Assembly (NCBI GenBank): GCA_002269645.1
Contig: NIVC01000733.1
Span: forward strand, 1 to 64,000
Reading direction: 5' to 3'
DNA from: Macrostomum lignano
Lineage: Eukaryota
Length of the DNA: 64,000 nt
The notes beneath the pieces were generated by a model. The model was given only the letters and a program-made list of their open reading frames with translations. It was not told the origin of the DNA and did not search any database. Of the stretch, positions 39,470 through 51,985 are shown piece by piece. The first letter of the stretch is position 1. Every line of letters starts with the position of its first letter. The position numbers and the translations under genes are program-made.

Positions 39470-40960
39470 ACAGATAGTACAAGTTACAGTTTATTTGAAT
39501 AATTTTATTGCAAGCTTACCAATTGTATATAATATAATACAATATATCAGTATATGTATATAGCATATTTGGAGTCGATATAACAGGCAGAATTGTATTT
39601 TAAACGAACTCAGTTGAATAAAGGAATTTAGATATATATAATATTGGGATTAAGATAATCCAGTGCTTAAGCAGGTCTGTTAAAGCTTTAGCAAACAAAA
39701 AAATGAATTATTTTTGCTGATAAATCATGACAAATAATTATAAATAAGAGTTTGTTTAAATGATATTTCACGATGGGAAAAAACACGTTTACACAAATCA
39801 AGCTCCAGCTATAATGTACTGTAATATCACCCGCGATACAATGGGATATAACAATTAAAAAGAATAATATAGTAGCAAGTAATATTCGAGCGTTAATGTA
39901 GACATATGCATAGTTATTATCAAGATATGATCAGCATTTATTGCGTTATATTGTTAATTAAAAAGAGCCTTATTAATTATATGTAAGTTAGCTATCAGTT
40001 ACAACAGAATGTTTCATTGTAAAACAGAAAAAGCTCATAGCAGTGGGAATATATATAAATAATATTATATATATGATATGACATATATATATTTATGTTC
40101 CCAAACAATTTTGAGCAGTGCAAAAGAAGCCACATATGTTTACTATATAGTAGTTAAACAATAAATAAACAAATAAACAGTTCAGTAGATGATTTATTAT
40201 TTTTTTAAAAACCATTCGCGCCATCAATTGACTGGATTTACAACCTGTTGATTAAGTGGAAACTGATTGACTGACATATAAAAGTGGGCAAAATTCAAAA
40301 TGTCCAATATACAGGAATGTGCTTCACGTAGCTAGTGCTTGAGAAAGTGTTTCGTTTTTCTAATTTCCTCACCTTAAAAACTCCAAAATAGGCGAAGCAG
40401 AGGAAATTAAAAAAATAGATTACAATATAAATTCATGGGTCAGGGAGATCACTTCCAAAGCACAGGTCCGGGGGTGGCTATACCTGTGTATAGGTGAGCA
40501 ATAATATGGGATTAATTAAGCAAGTTAATTAATTACCGATAAGCAGTTTGATTAATAATATAGTAGATTAATTCAAATTTACCGACAAAGTTGCATAATA
40601 TAAATAAATATATATGTTAAAACAGTTCAATGTTTGTATAAACATTTGTGTTGAAACTTCATCAGAACACACAACGCCTCAGTAGGCAAATAAGATAAAC
40701 AAATAATAATAAGTTGCTTTGAGAATAAGCAAGTGCTCGGAGGTGACAAACGCATATAGATAAAATGCTTTTTCATACTCACAGAAATTGAAGTGTTAAA
40801 TCTTGCATGTGACAGAATGTGTAAGACAAAATGGGGACATTGGGGCTTCTTTATCAACTCGTTACTCAATTAGTCAAATTTTGTTTTAATGCGAAAAAAT
40901 CCAAATCAGACGCGGCGGTGAAATATTCTAGGAATTGCTGAGCAGTGGCGGAGCGAACAG
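39470..40960 (-). other. msi: Predicted non-coding terminal exon (long AU-rich 3' UTR) of Musashi
   Basis: Acceptor CTGTCACTTGTCAATTTCAG (exon start 40960). AT-rich ~1.5 kb. AATAAA on the minus strand at 39490-39495 and 39504-39509. Pairs with the GTAAGT donor at 41958. Confidence 0.5.
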
Positions 40961-40977
40961 CTGAAATTGACAAGTGA

Positions 40978-41750
40978 CAGGACTCTCATCCTGACTCTCA
41001 GCCTGACTCTCAGCCTGACTCTCAGTCTGACTATCAGCCAGACTCTCAGTCTGACTCTCTCAGCCTGATTCTTAGTCTTGATCTAACCCTGACTCTAACC
41101 CTCACTCTTATTCATCCAGACTCTGATCTCAGTCTGACTCTCAGTCTGAATCTCAGCCAGACTCTCAGTCTGACTCTCATCCAGACTCTCAGTCTGACTC
41201 TCATCCAGACTCTCAGTCTGACTCTCATCCAGACTCTCAGTCTGACTCTCATCCAGACTCTCAGCCTGACTCTCAGTCTGACTCTCATCCAGACTCTCAG
41301 TCTGACTCTCATCCAGACTCTCAGCCTAATTCTCATACAGACTCTCAGTCTGACTCTCATCCAGACTCTCAGCCTGACTCTCATCCAGACTCTCAGCCTG
41401 ACTCTCATACAGACTCTCAGTCTGACTCTCATCCAGACTCTCAGCCTGACTCTCATCCAGACTCTCAGTCTGACTCTCATCCAGACTCTCAGCCTGACTC
41501 TCATCCAGACTCTCAGCCTGACTCTCATCCAGACTCTCAGCCTGACTCTCATCCAGACTCTCAGCCTGACTCTCATCCAGACTCTCAGCCTGACTCTCAT
41601 CCAGACTCTCAGCCTGACTCTCATCAAGACTCTCAGCCTGACTCTCATCCAGACTCTCAGCCTGACTTTCACCCAGACCATCATCCAGACTTTCATAGAA
41701 CTTCAGTATGACTCTCGTCTAGACTCTCATCCAGACTCTCAGCCTGACAT
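40978..41750. repeat. 24-bp (2x12) minisatellite (GACTCTCATCCAGACTCTCAGCCT)n
   Basis: Direct reading; source of the spurious RVWMRVRL ORF. Confidence 0.93.
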
Positions 41751-42030
41751 TCATTTAAACTCTGACCCTCTCCCTAACTCTAAACCACTAGCACAATTAG
41801 ACTCTTTATTCTGATTCTCTGTCTGACGCTTAGTCTGACTCTTATCTTGGTTCGGGTTGGTTAACTACCTCTGATTCACTCTATTATCATATTATCAAAA
41901 ACCTGGATCTGGATCAACCGACTCTAAGAGAAAATACAATAGTTATCGCGGCACTTACAAAAATATCAGCAGGTCAGAAGAGAGGTCGAACTGAAGTCGC
42001 CTATCAGTGTCCTCGTTGCAGCTCGGCAGC

Positions 42031-42069
42031 TTAGTGGTAGCCATTTTGAAAGTGCGGGATGAGAGTGCC
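42031..42069 (-). CDS. msi: Musashi last coding exon (exon continues as UTR to 41959)
   Basis: GTLIPHFQNGYH* matches the Musashi C-terminus GPLIATAFTNGYH. Acceptor TTCCTCAG, phase 0. Confidence 0.85.
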   Translation of the reverse strand, partial: GTLIPHFQNGYH

Positions 42070-42284
42070 CTGAGGAATTTAAGAGGTCTCTTATTGACTG
42101 GTTCATAAAGGTAGTATGATATTAGAAATATCGATTTTGTAAATGCAGGGGCGCGTCAGCGCGTCCGAGGTATGCGGAGCAGTTTGATAGTTTAAATATG
42201 ATGGAGTTAAACCAGTATAAATATAGAAGGACGTATAGAGATTGCTAGCTAAGATGGACTGAGACAGAACAAACAGGCAGATAG

Positions 42285-42308
42285 TGAGAAATAAACAGAC
42301 AGACAGGC

Positions 42309-42351
<43 letters not shown>

Positions 42352-42378
42352 TAGACAGACAGATAGACAGACAGACAG

Positions 42379-42427
<49 letters not shown>

Positions 42428-42584
42428 TAGACAGACAGACAGACAGATAGACAGACAGACAGACAGACGGACAGACAGACAGGCAGACAGACAGACAGAC
42501 AGACAGACAGATAGACAGACAGATAGACAGACAGACAGACAGATAGACAGACAGACAGACAGACAGACGGACAGACAGACAGGC

Positions 42585-42665
<81 letters not shown>

Positions 42666-42715
42666 GGCAGACAGACAGACAGACAGACAGAGACAGACAG
42701 ACAGACACGCAGACA
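42285..42715. repeat. (GACA)n microsatellite
   Basis: Direct reading. Confidence 0.95.
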
Positions 42716-43142
42716 GCAAAAACAAGCATATAAAGAGCTGCACGCAGATTGCCGAAGCAACAGGATTGAAGAGAAATATAAACTTAATTTTCAATTTTAG
42801 AAGACAAACAGGGGAACCATCCGAGATTGCAAGACAAGAATTGAAGTTTTGGTATTTCTAAAAGTCATCTATATACTACTAATGTTGTTATAATTCAACG
42901 ATTTGCTTTATTAAAAACACAAAACGCCAAAACCGCTACAATGGAACAGTTGGTGCGCCAACGGAAGGTTTAAATCTATTTACAACCCAAACACCAGCGA
43001 GCAGGCAGACAGACAATGTAAAAGCGCATTAGTGTCCAGCTATTAATAAATAAAATTATTGCATAAATATTGTGATCCAAATTTGGTGCGTTTGCGGTAT
43101 GAGTAACTAAATAAGAGTAGATGGGTAAAGCGATAAAATAGA

Positions 43143-43625
43143 CCTGCTGTAACCCTGTCTGTAAGACCGTTCTGTAAGCCTGCCTGTAACCCTGTCTGTA
43201 AGACCGTTCTGTAAGCCTGCCTGTAACCCTGTCTGTAAGACCGTTCTGTAAGCCTCTCTGTAACCCTGTCTGTAGGACCGTTCTGTAAGCCTCTCTGTAA
43301 CCCTGTCTGTAAGACCGTTCTGTAAGCCTGCCTGTAACCCTGTCTGTAAGACCGTTCTGTAAGCCTGCCTGTAACCCTGTCTGTAGGACCGTTCTGTAAG
43401 CCTGCCTGTAAACCTGTCTGTAGGACCGTTCTGTAAGCCTGCCTGTAAACCTGTCTGTAGGACCGTTCTGTAAGCCTGCCTGTAACCCTGTCTGTAAGAC
43501 CGTTCTGTAAGCCTGTCTGTAAGACCGTTCTGTAAACCTGTCTGTAAACTCTTCTGTAGACCCATCTGTAAACCTGTCTGTAAAATATCTGTAAACCGTT
43601 GTGCTGTAAACTTGTTTGTAAGCAC
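43143..43625. repeat. 37-bp CTGTAA-based minisatellite
   Basis: Unit CCTGTCTGTAAGACCGTTCTGTAAGCCTGCCTGTAAC; period 37 (43151 to 43188). Confidence 0.9.
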
Positions 43626-44599
43626 TCTATAGGCATGCCTACATAATCTATCGGTGTAAGCACTAAAATTTAAGACTAATTACCAAGTAATCAGCCTGCA
43701 GCAGTGTTGGTAGTAGCTATCTAGTAGTATACGCAGGCTTGGATAAACGACTGTCATCACTTATATAAAGATAAGATGTCAAATTGATAGATTGGTTTCA
43801 ACCAAGAGGAGACGGCTCTTACTAAAGGTTCCATCAAGGCATGCTATAATCAATTATTTACAAGTTTCTTATTAGTTTTGTTAATAACAATTTTTTGTCA
43901 ACAAAACAATATGAAACTTAATATAATTAAATACATATAATTATATATGAGGCTAAAATGTATGCTACAATATTAATTACCACACTGCAGGCACCGCAAT
44001 GAAAACAATAAATACGCTAAATTAAGTAAGTGTCTGTCTCAATGTAAATTACCTTTTAGAATTTGATTAATAATTTGTCGAATTTGCCTATTAGCAATGA
44101 TAATGATGAGGCAGTGGCAATGACGCAACCTAAATCAATGCAGACTGGGTTGCCATTAAGGCACGGCCAGGGTTAGATTATAATGAGGCGCTTTATTCGG
44201 GAGGAGTATCTCTCGATCACAGGATGAGATTTGGATCGGGAATACGCAGAACCTGCCCCCCGCCCCCGCGATGTCTGTTACTGTTGTCAAGGCGTAGGTA
44301 TTTACATATAATTATGAGCTAATTTGTATAAAAAGATTATTAATTATAAGCCAGACTTTTACAATGCACTTTTATTGTCCGTTGCATGCTCCTGGCATAT
44401 TGGATATCTGAGATGATTAATATATACTGAATCAAGCGCAATATATTACACAGAGCAAATGTATAGAATTATAGGCTTTTCTTCCATTGGAATACAGGTA
44501 GTTAAGGAGAGAAATTAAAAAAAATAACTGTCCTAGTATAGACAGTTAGAGGCAGGAATGAAGTTTAACTGAGCTGATGAATCTGTGCGTTAACATCTG

Positions 44600-44830
44600 T
44601 AAGTGATCTGTCTGTAACTTGTCTGTAATTTTACTGTGATCTGTCTGTAACTTGTCTGTAATTTTACTGTGATCATGTCTGTAACTTGTCTGCAATTTTA
44701 CTGTGATCATGTCTGTAACTTGTCTGTAATTTTACTGTGATCATGTCTGTAACTTGTCTGTAATTTTACTGTGATCATGTCTGTAACTTGTCTGTAATTT
44801 TACTGTGATCATGTCTGTAACTTGTCTGTA
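44600..44830. repeat. 34-bp CTGTAA-based minisatellite, ~6 copies
   Basis: Unit TGTCTGTAACTTGTCTGTAATTTTACTGTGATCA. Confidence 0.9.
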
Positions 44831-45120
44831 GTTCAACTCTAACCCATTGTACAACCCCTGTCTGTAAAGAGGTCTGTAGTTTATCCGTAGCCGTCTGTAA
44901 ACTTTCTGTCATATCATACGTCTCCGATTCGACTGTAATCTTGTCTGTAATTTGTCTGTAATACTGTTTCTCTTAAAGAACTTGTCAGCAAAGTCTTCTC
45001 CTCAAATTCTGTCTGTAAATCAATGAAGTTTGCTGATAAAAAGAAATGATTGGCAAAAAATCCAAAAGAACAACTTTATTGTAGTTATAAGTGAATGAAC
45101 TTCCCGAATTTCTCTAAAGG

Positions 45121-45220
<100 letters not shown>

Positions 45221-45384
45221 GGGTAATTGAGGCTGTGTGTGGCGACCCCCCAGTCCTTGGACTGAACAGCCGTACGCAGCCTTCAGATGCGCCGCGCGAT
45301 AGCTGCGGCTGAGCTGTCGTTGCAAATCAATAATAAATTTTTCTTATTATTAAACACTAAAAATGTACACTCAGGCATGTACAC

Positions 45385-45453
45385 TCGCTGTGTTTTTGGG
45401 GGGCTGGCCCTCATGGCTGTGAAGGGGGTCACGTGGCACTCCAGACGTTCATT
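45385..45453 (-). CDS. msi: Candidate Musashi exon (NERLECHVTPFTAMRASPPKTQR)
   Basis: Acceptor TTTTATTGACAG, weak donor CGA|GTGTAC, phase 0 to 0, fitting its neighbours. ASP recalls the SAASP of Musashi. Confidence 0.35.
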
Positions 45454-45567
45454 CTGTCAATAAAATCTCATGGTCTCAGCTCTCAGCCTCCCCTACAGAA
45501 TCCCTACAGAATCCCATCTCATCATCTGCATCGGCGACACATCCTCCCGAATTTCGTAGCCTCTCAC

Positions 45568-45694
45568 CTGGCCGTACAGCTTAGCTGGCAGCACGGATGC
45601 TGCATTGGTCAGGTCGCAGCCGGGTCGCTTGACACCGGCTGTGCAGGCACCGGCCGCTGCTGCTGAGCCAGCACTCACCGCTGCAAGAGCTGCC

Positions 45695-45732
<38 letters not shown>

Positions 45733-45929
45733 CTGCTGGATGCTTCCAGAAGCGGCTGCAGCCGCAGCAGCCTGCTGAAGCAGAGCGGCGAAGTCCTGAC
45801 CGTAGATGTCGGCTGGGTTGGCGCCGGTGGCTGACAGAGCGGCGGCACTGCTGGTCGGCACGAGGGCCCGGCTGGAGGAGGTCACCAGCTGGCCCGTGGC
45901 GCCGGGAGCGCCGTACATCATCGGCGGAG
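45568..45929 (-). CDS. msi: Musashi low-complexity exon (APPMMYGAPG...polyA/polyQ...PAKLYGQ)
   Basis: Acceptor CCCCCGACAG, donor CAG|GTGAGA, open frame, phase 1 to 0. Confidence 0.8.
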
Positions 45930-46789
45930 CTGTCGGGGGATGCGAGAGTTCGAATTGGCTGGGTTGGGGTTTGGGTTGCAAGGCAACGCGAGAGGAAGAG
46001 GAAGAAGGGAGGAGATGAAGGGAGAGGACGAAAGGAGAGAAAACGAAGGAGGGGAGACGAAGGGAGAGGAAATAAAGAGAGGGGAGATGAAAAAAGAGAG
46101 GAGGAGAAGAGATGAAGGGAAAACAGATAAATGAAAGGGAGATGAAAGGAGTGGATATGAATTAAGTGAAGACGAGGGAGAGAATATGAAGGGAGAACAG
46201 ATGAAAGGAGGGGAGATGAAGGGAGGGCAAAAATGAAGGAGAACAGGTAAAGGTAGGGGAGATAAAGGGAAGGGAGATGAAGGGTGGGGAGAAGAAGGGA
46301 GAACAGATAAAGGAAGAGAGATGAAGAGGGAAGCTCAGAGATTGGACAAAAATCAATAAAATAATACTACTATTACCGATATGAGCCATTTTTGTTAAAG
46401 GCTAAAACGAATACTAACTCTAAAAATGTTTTATCGCAGTCATTAATGAAAACCAAATTTTTGCTTAATGCAGATCTGCACAAAACAAAGACAGTCCGTT
46501 TCAGAGAAGAAATTCCGTTTCCTTCTTAATAATTAACTAAGGCAAAATTGTGTCGAAAATACAAGCAAACTGGGTATCAATATTTGCAGGGATCGGATTT
46601 CAATTATACTGGAAAACTGATAAACAGCAAGAGTCTGAGCGAATCTTAGGTGACAGGAAATTGAAATGAGATCGTGTTCTACTTTATTTTGTCTTTGTCG
46701 TTAACTTTGGCTTTGATAAACCATGCTAAATAGATGCAGTTAGATGTTGGCTGGTGATTCCATTTCCGTCAAGATTTCCATGTAGATTC

Positions 46790-47335
46790 TCTGGGAGAGT
46801 TTCTGTGAGATTTCCAGAGAGGCTTCTAATGAGATTTCCAGAGAGGCTTCTAGTAAGATTTCCAGAGAGGCTTCTAGTGAGATTTCCAGAGAGGCTTCTA
46901 GTGGGATTCCCAGAGAGGCTTCTAGTGAGATTTCCAGAGAGACTTCTAGTGAGATTTCCAGAGAGGCTTCTAGTGAGATTTCCAGAGAGGCTTCCTGTGA
47001 GATTTCCAGAGAGGCTTCTAGTGAGATTTCCAGAGAGGCTTCTAGTGGGATTCCCAGAGAGGCTTCTAGTGAGATTTCCAGACAGGCTTCTAGTGAGATT
47101 TCCAGAGAGGCTTCTAGTGAGATTTCCAGAGAGGCTTCTAGTGAGATTTCCAGAGAGGCTTCTAGTGGGATTCCAGAGAGACTTCCTCTGAGATTTCCAG
47201 AGAGGCTTCTAGTGAGATTTCCAGAGAGGCTTCTAGTGAGATTTCCAGAGATGCTTCTAGTGCGATTCCAGAGAGGCTTCCTCTGAGATTTCCAGAGAGG
47301 CTTCCTGCGAGATTTCCAGAGAGTTTCCCATGAGA
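46790..47335. repeat. 24-bp minisatellite (GTGAGATTTCCAGAGAGGCTTCTA)n
   Basis: Direct reading. Confidence 0.93.
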
Positions 47336-47814
47336 TTCGTTTCCTTTAACGTATTTGTTTGTTATTGTTCACACTGAGTATTTAGGGACAAAGAAGAAGA
47401 CAATAGTTGCATATCTGCCTTACTTGACTTGACTTAGCTGCAGGGGGCTCATATCTTAGCTGCTTAGCTGCATAGCTGCCGATATGTTGTGTAGTTCACT
47501 TTGCGTTTGAAAAGTAAAAAAAATCGAATATTTTATACGCACTGAAACTTTGAGAGTTGAAGATGCAGTTTAACAAATAAACCGATTATCAGTATTCTCA
47601 AAAGTCTGCTTCCGATAAGATTATTTTAATTACACGTACATGCAACCACAACTACAGGTATGCTAATACTAAAATCTACATCCAATTTTTGATATTTGCA
47701 AAATTACAAATTTCCATTTTTTGACATAGCATATTTTAATATTTTTGGCTAAATGTAAGTGCATTAGGTTAAGCCCTTTAATGGTAATAGTGCAAGTTGT
47801 GTGTCGTGAGCAGG

Positions 47815-48125
47815 TTTGGGATCTAGGTGAAGGAATTAGGGATCTAGGTGAGGGGATTAATGATCTAGGTGATGGGATTAGGGATCTAGGTGATAGGATA
47901 AGAGATCTAGGTGAGCGGATTAGGGATCTGGGTGATGGGATTAGGGATCTAGGTAAGGGGATTAGGGATCTAGGTGAGGGGATTAGAGATCTAGGTGAGG
48001 GTATTAGGGTCCAGGGATCTGGGTGATGGGATAAGAGATCTGGGTGATGGGATTAGATATCTATGTGAGTTGATTATGGATCTGTGAGGATAGTAGGGAT
48101 CTGGGTGAGGGGATTAGGGATCTTT
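47815..48125. repeat. 21-bp G-rich minisatellite containing TTAGGG (GGGGATTAGGGATCTAGGTGA)n
   Basis: Direct reading. Confidence 0.9.
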
Positions 48126-48336
48126 ATAAAATGAATAAGGATTTGGGATAAACGTATTGGGATTAAGAAAATTAGAATAGACACGCCCGGAACGCTCTAT
48201 CAGCGTAAAACTACATCAGGTGGCTAATAAACAAATAATTTCAGTCTAATTAAGCAACTGCAACTACTAAGACTAACTAACAGCTAAAACTAATGCTAGC
48301 TAATTAGATACAAGACTACTATCACTACTACAGTAC

Positions 48337-48492
48337 CTGGTCTAGCAATCTGCAGACTGTAAGACGCCTGCGGCGATTTAACGTGCAACGCAATCGCGCT
48401 GCCGCCAACGCCGCCGAAATCCAGGGAGGAGCAGAGGCTGCTCGCGGGGTCTTGGGAGATGGCGGGGAAGCAGGAATAGGCGCCGCCTCCCG
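48337..48492 (-). CDS. msi: Musashi exon (AGGGAYSCFPAISQDPASSLCSSLDFGG...LQIARP)
   Basis: Acceptor CCACCATTCTCAG, donor CAG|GTACTG, 156-nt open frame, phase 1 to 1. Confidence 0.75.
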
Positions 48493-48520
48493 CTGAGAAT
48501 GGTGGGATGGCGAACCGAAT

Positions 48521-48597
48521 AGATTGATTGATTGATTGATGAATTGATGGATTGATTTATTGATTGATTGCTTGATGGATTGATGGATTGGTTGATG

Positions 48598-48632
<35 letters not shown>

Positions 48633-48653
48633 GAATTGATGGATTGGTTGATG

Positions 48654-48686
<33 letters not shown>

Positions 48687-48722
48687 ATTGATGGATTGAG
48701 TGATGGATGAATTGATGGATGA

Positions 48723-48756
<34 letters not shown>

Positions 48757-49022
48757 GAATTGATGGATGGATTGATTGATTGATTGGTTGATTGATTGAT
48801 TGATTGATTGATGAATTGATGAATTGATTGATTGATTGATTGATGGGTTGATTGGTGGATTGATTGATTGATTGATTAATTAATTGATGTATTTATGGAT
48901 TAAGTGCTTGATGGTTGATTGATTGATTGATGGTTGATTGATTGATTGATGGTTGATTTATTGATTGATGGTTGATTGATTGATTGATGGTTGATTGATT
49001 CAATTATTGATGAATTGATTGG
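48521..49022. repeat. (ATTG)n degenerate microsatellite
   Basis: Direct reading. Confidence 0.93.
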
Positions 49023-49254
49023 AATAGCGTGTCCAATGTTTTACTAACAGCAGTAGTAGCTATTTCTAAAGTTTACTAGGCTTTTTATAATTCCGCAACA
49101 GCTGTATATGTTAATATGGAAACGAATTTACACGTATTACAATCGATTACCAAATTTTCATATAGCAAAATCGGACAAAAGAAATGTGAGATTAGCTAGA
49201 TGTTGATTAGATGAGATGCGGTTTTATTGAGATTGGATCGTAAATCCAAAAATA

Positions 49255-50215
49255 CTAGATCTAGATCCATGGAGACTAAATCGATCATATTTAATTGAGA
49301 ATGGATTTAGATCTACTTAAGATTAGATCTGCAATCCTTGAGACTAGATGTACATTCCTTGAGATTAAATCTACATCCCTCGAGACTAGACTAGATCCCT
49401 TGAGTTTATATCTAATCCCTTGAGATCAGATTTACATCCCTTGAGATTAGACCTACATCTCTTGAGAGTAGATCTACATGTACATCCCTTGATATTTAAT
49501 CTAAGTGCCTTGAGATTAAATCTACATTTCTTGAGATTAGATCTAAATCCCCTGAGATCCTTTGAGATTAGATCTATATCTCCTACGATCTCTAGATCTC
49601 TTGAAATTAGACATACATCCCTTGAGATTAGATCTACATTTCTTGAGATTAGATCTAAATCCCTTGAGGCTAGATCTATATCCCTTAAGTTTAGATCTAA
49701 TCCCTTGAGATAAGATTTACATCCCTTGAGATCAGATCTACATCCCTTGAGATTTGAGATTTGATCTACATCTCTTGAGAGTAGATCTACATCCCTTGAT
49801 AGTTGATTTAAGTGCCTTGAGATTAAATCTACATTTCTTGAGACTAGATCTACATCTCTTAAGATTAGATCTACATCTCCTAAGATTAGATCTACATCTC
49901 TTGAAATTAGATCTACATCTTTTGAGATCAAACTGCATCCATTAAGATTAGATCTACATTTCTTGAGGGTAGATCTACATCCCTTGAGACTAGATCTATA
50001 TCCCTTAAGTTTAGATCTAATCCCTTGAGATCAGATTTACATCCCTTGAGATCAGATCTACATCCCTTGAGATTTGAGATTAGATCTACATCTCTTAAGA
50101 TTAGATCTACATCTCCTAAGATTAGATCTACCTCTCCTGAAATTAGATCCAAATCTTTTGAGATCATATCTACATTCATTGAGATTAGATCTAGCTCCAA
50201 AGAGATCCAAAAAAT
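49255..50215. repeat. Degenerate 21-bp AGATCT-rich minisatellite with a higher-order duplicated block
   Basis: Unit like GAGATTAGATCTACATCCCTT; blocks at ~49670-49790 and ~49990-50100 are near copies. Confidence 0.88.
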
Positions 50216-51237
50216 CTACTGAAATTTTGTAGCACTTATTAAAAAACGGCAAATTGAAAATTACAGTAACTGTCAACACAATTTGACAATTTCAATTTGT
50301 CAATTAGAGGAAATACCTCATCTAAGAGCGTATAATTACAAAAATAATCAATTCGAAATGTTTCCAATCTAACAGTAACTAAGGCCTGTCTACTCTATGC
50401 TGATCGCACCGCAAAATGTGCTTATAATTTTACGACGCATTGGCAGATTAAATGTGTACAATTTAAACTAATTCACAATTGCAATTTGCAAGCCGCGAAA
50501 TCTATGCTAAAAATCAATTCTAATTAGTCGCCTATTACGATTAATATAAAATACAGGGGCCTTAAGAACCTCCCATACAATAATCATCTTGCTATACAAA
50601 AAACAGACAGTCTCTACACAGATGAGTAATAATTGAAAATATTTAATAAATCTACCACATTATATGTAAAATATAAAAATATTAGATTACTAAAAAACGA
50701 ACAAATTTCGCAACTATTATATAATTTACTATTAGTAGCATAAGCTACTGTAAAATCTATTTGATTGCATTTATACTCGAGAACTAATTGCAGTGAAACG
50801 TGGGGAGTGTTCCGATTCCGCACGCTAAATTGCTGAATCAGTGTCTGATTGAGATCAGGAAAAGTCTACGAGGGAGTCAATTAAACTAAATTCTTCATCA
50901 TTCTGAAGAGTGAGGGCTCAGAGAACCAGAGAAGATCTAGGCAGAGAGCTAAGCTTTACTTGCAACTTCCAACGAAAAATCTTTCTTACCAACAATACCA
51001 AATTTAGCGTCCACGATTCACTCACGGGGGCAATTTTCTTTTACAAAAATTGCACTTTGTTTAATTCGTAAAATAATTTGTGAAGAAAATGGGGAGAGAA
51101 GAAGAAATAAGTTTTAGCTATATAAATTTATTATTGCATATTGTAGTCATAAAAGTTGTAAGGCATTTCACGAAGTTCATTTATCTCAAATTTTATTCTG
51201 GACGTTACCAGTGACAGCAAGCAAACGAAACACAGGC

Positions 51238-51575
51238 GTATTGCTATTAGACCATGTGAGTGTCACGTGATCAGCTCTCGCCCAATGGCAATGCAGACGT
51301 ATCGCTATTGGACAAGATAATTGTCACGTGACCGACTCTAGACCAATAGCAATGCAAGCGTATTGCTATTGGACAAGACAATTGTCACGTGACCGACTCT
51401 AGACCAATAGCAATGCAAGCGTATTGCTATTGGACAAGACAATTATCACGTGACCGACTCTAGACCAATAGCAATGCAAGCGTATTGCTATTGGACAAGA
51501 TAATTGTCACGTGACGTTCTCTTGACCAATAGTAACACATGCGTATCACTATTGGATGGCGCAATTATCATGTGA
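51238..51575. repeat. 61-bp palindromic tandem repeat, ~5.5 copies, ATTGG-N13-CACGTG-N12-CCAAT
   Basis: The 61-nt period was verified (51299 to 51360). Five CACGTG and one CATGTG. Confidence 0.9.
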
Positions 51576-51715
51576 CTAACAGATACTTTCGCATAAAAAT
51601 TTATTAATAAATTAATCACGGTAGAAAACCTTGGTCAGTATATTCTATGTCTTAGGCTTGGGCAACATCAACCAATTATCAGTAAAAAACTGAAAGCGCA
51701 ACAGCGGCGGCTCAC

Positions 51716-51940
51716 CTGCGGGCAGGTAGTACCCGGGCAGACTGTAGTAGCCTGTAGCGGCTGGAGACTGCGGCACTGCGGCTGCTGCAGCTGCAGCGGC
51801 AGCTGCCGCTTGCTGACGAGCTGAAGCGGCCGCGGCGGCTGCGGCGGCTGCGGCAGCGGCTGCGTTGGGGTTCGCCAGGCCTGCGGCGGCTGAACCAGCA
51901 GTGAGCGCGTAGGACACTGGTAGCTGGCCAGGGAGGTACA
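51716..51940 (-). CDS. msi: Musashi exon (YLPGQLPVSYALTAG...polyA...GYYSLPGYYLPA)
   Basis: Acceptor CAACCCCCCTGCAG, donor CAG|GTGAGC, 225 nt, phase 1 to 1. Ala/Tyr-rich low complexity is typical of Musashi C-terminal regions. Confidence 0.8.
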
Positions 51941-51985
51941 CTGCAGGGGGGTTGAGTGGATATTGCGATTGTTGGATGCTAAGCT

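Noticed and set aside
45240-45315. GC-rich segment as an additional Musashi exon
   Set aside because: Several acceptors and frames are possible, there is no good donor, and no family similarity; it cannot be supported.
47815-48125. Interstitial telomeric repeat
   Set aside because: TTAGGG occurs at most once per 21-bp unit, never as tandem hexamers.
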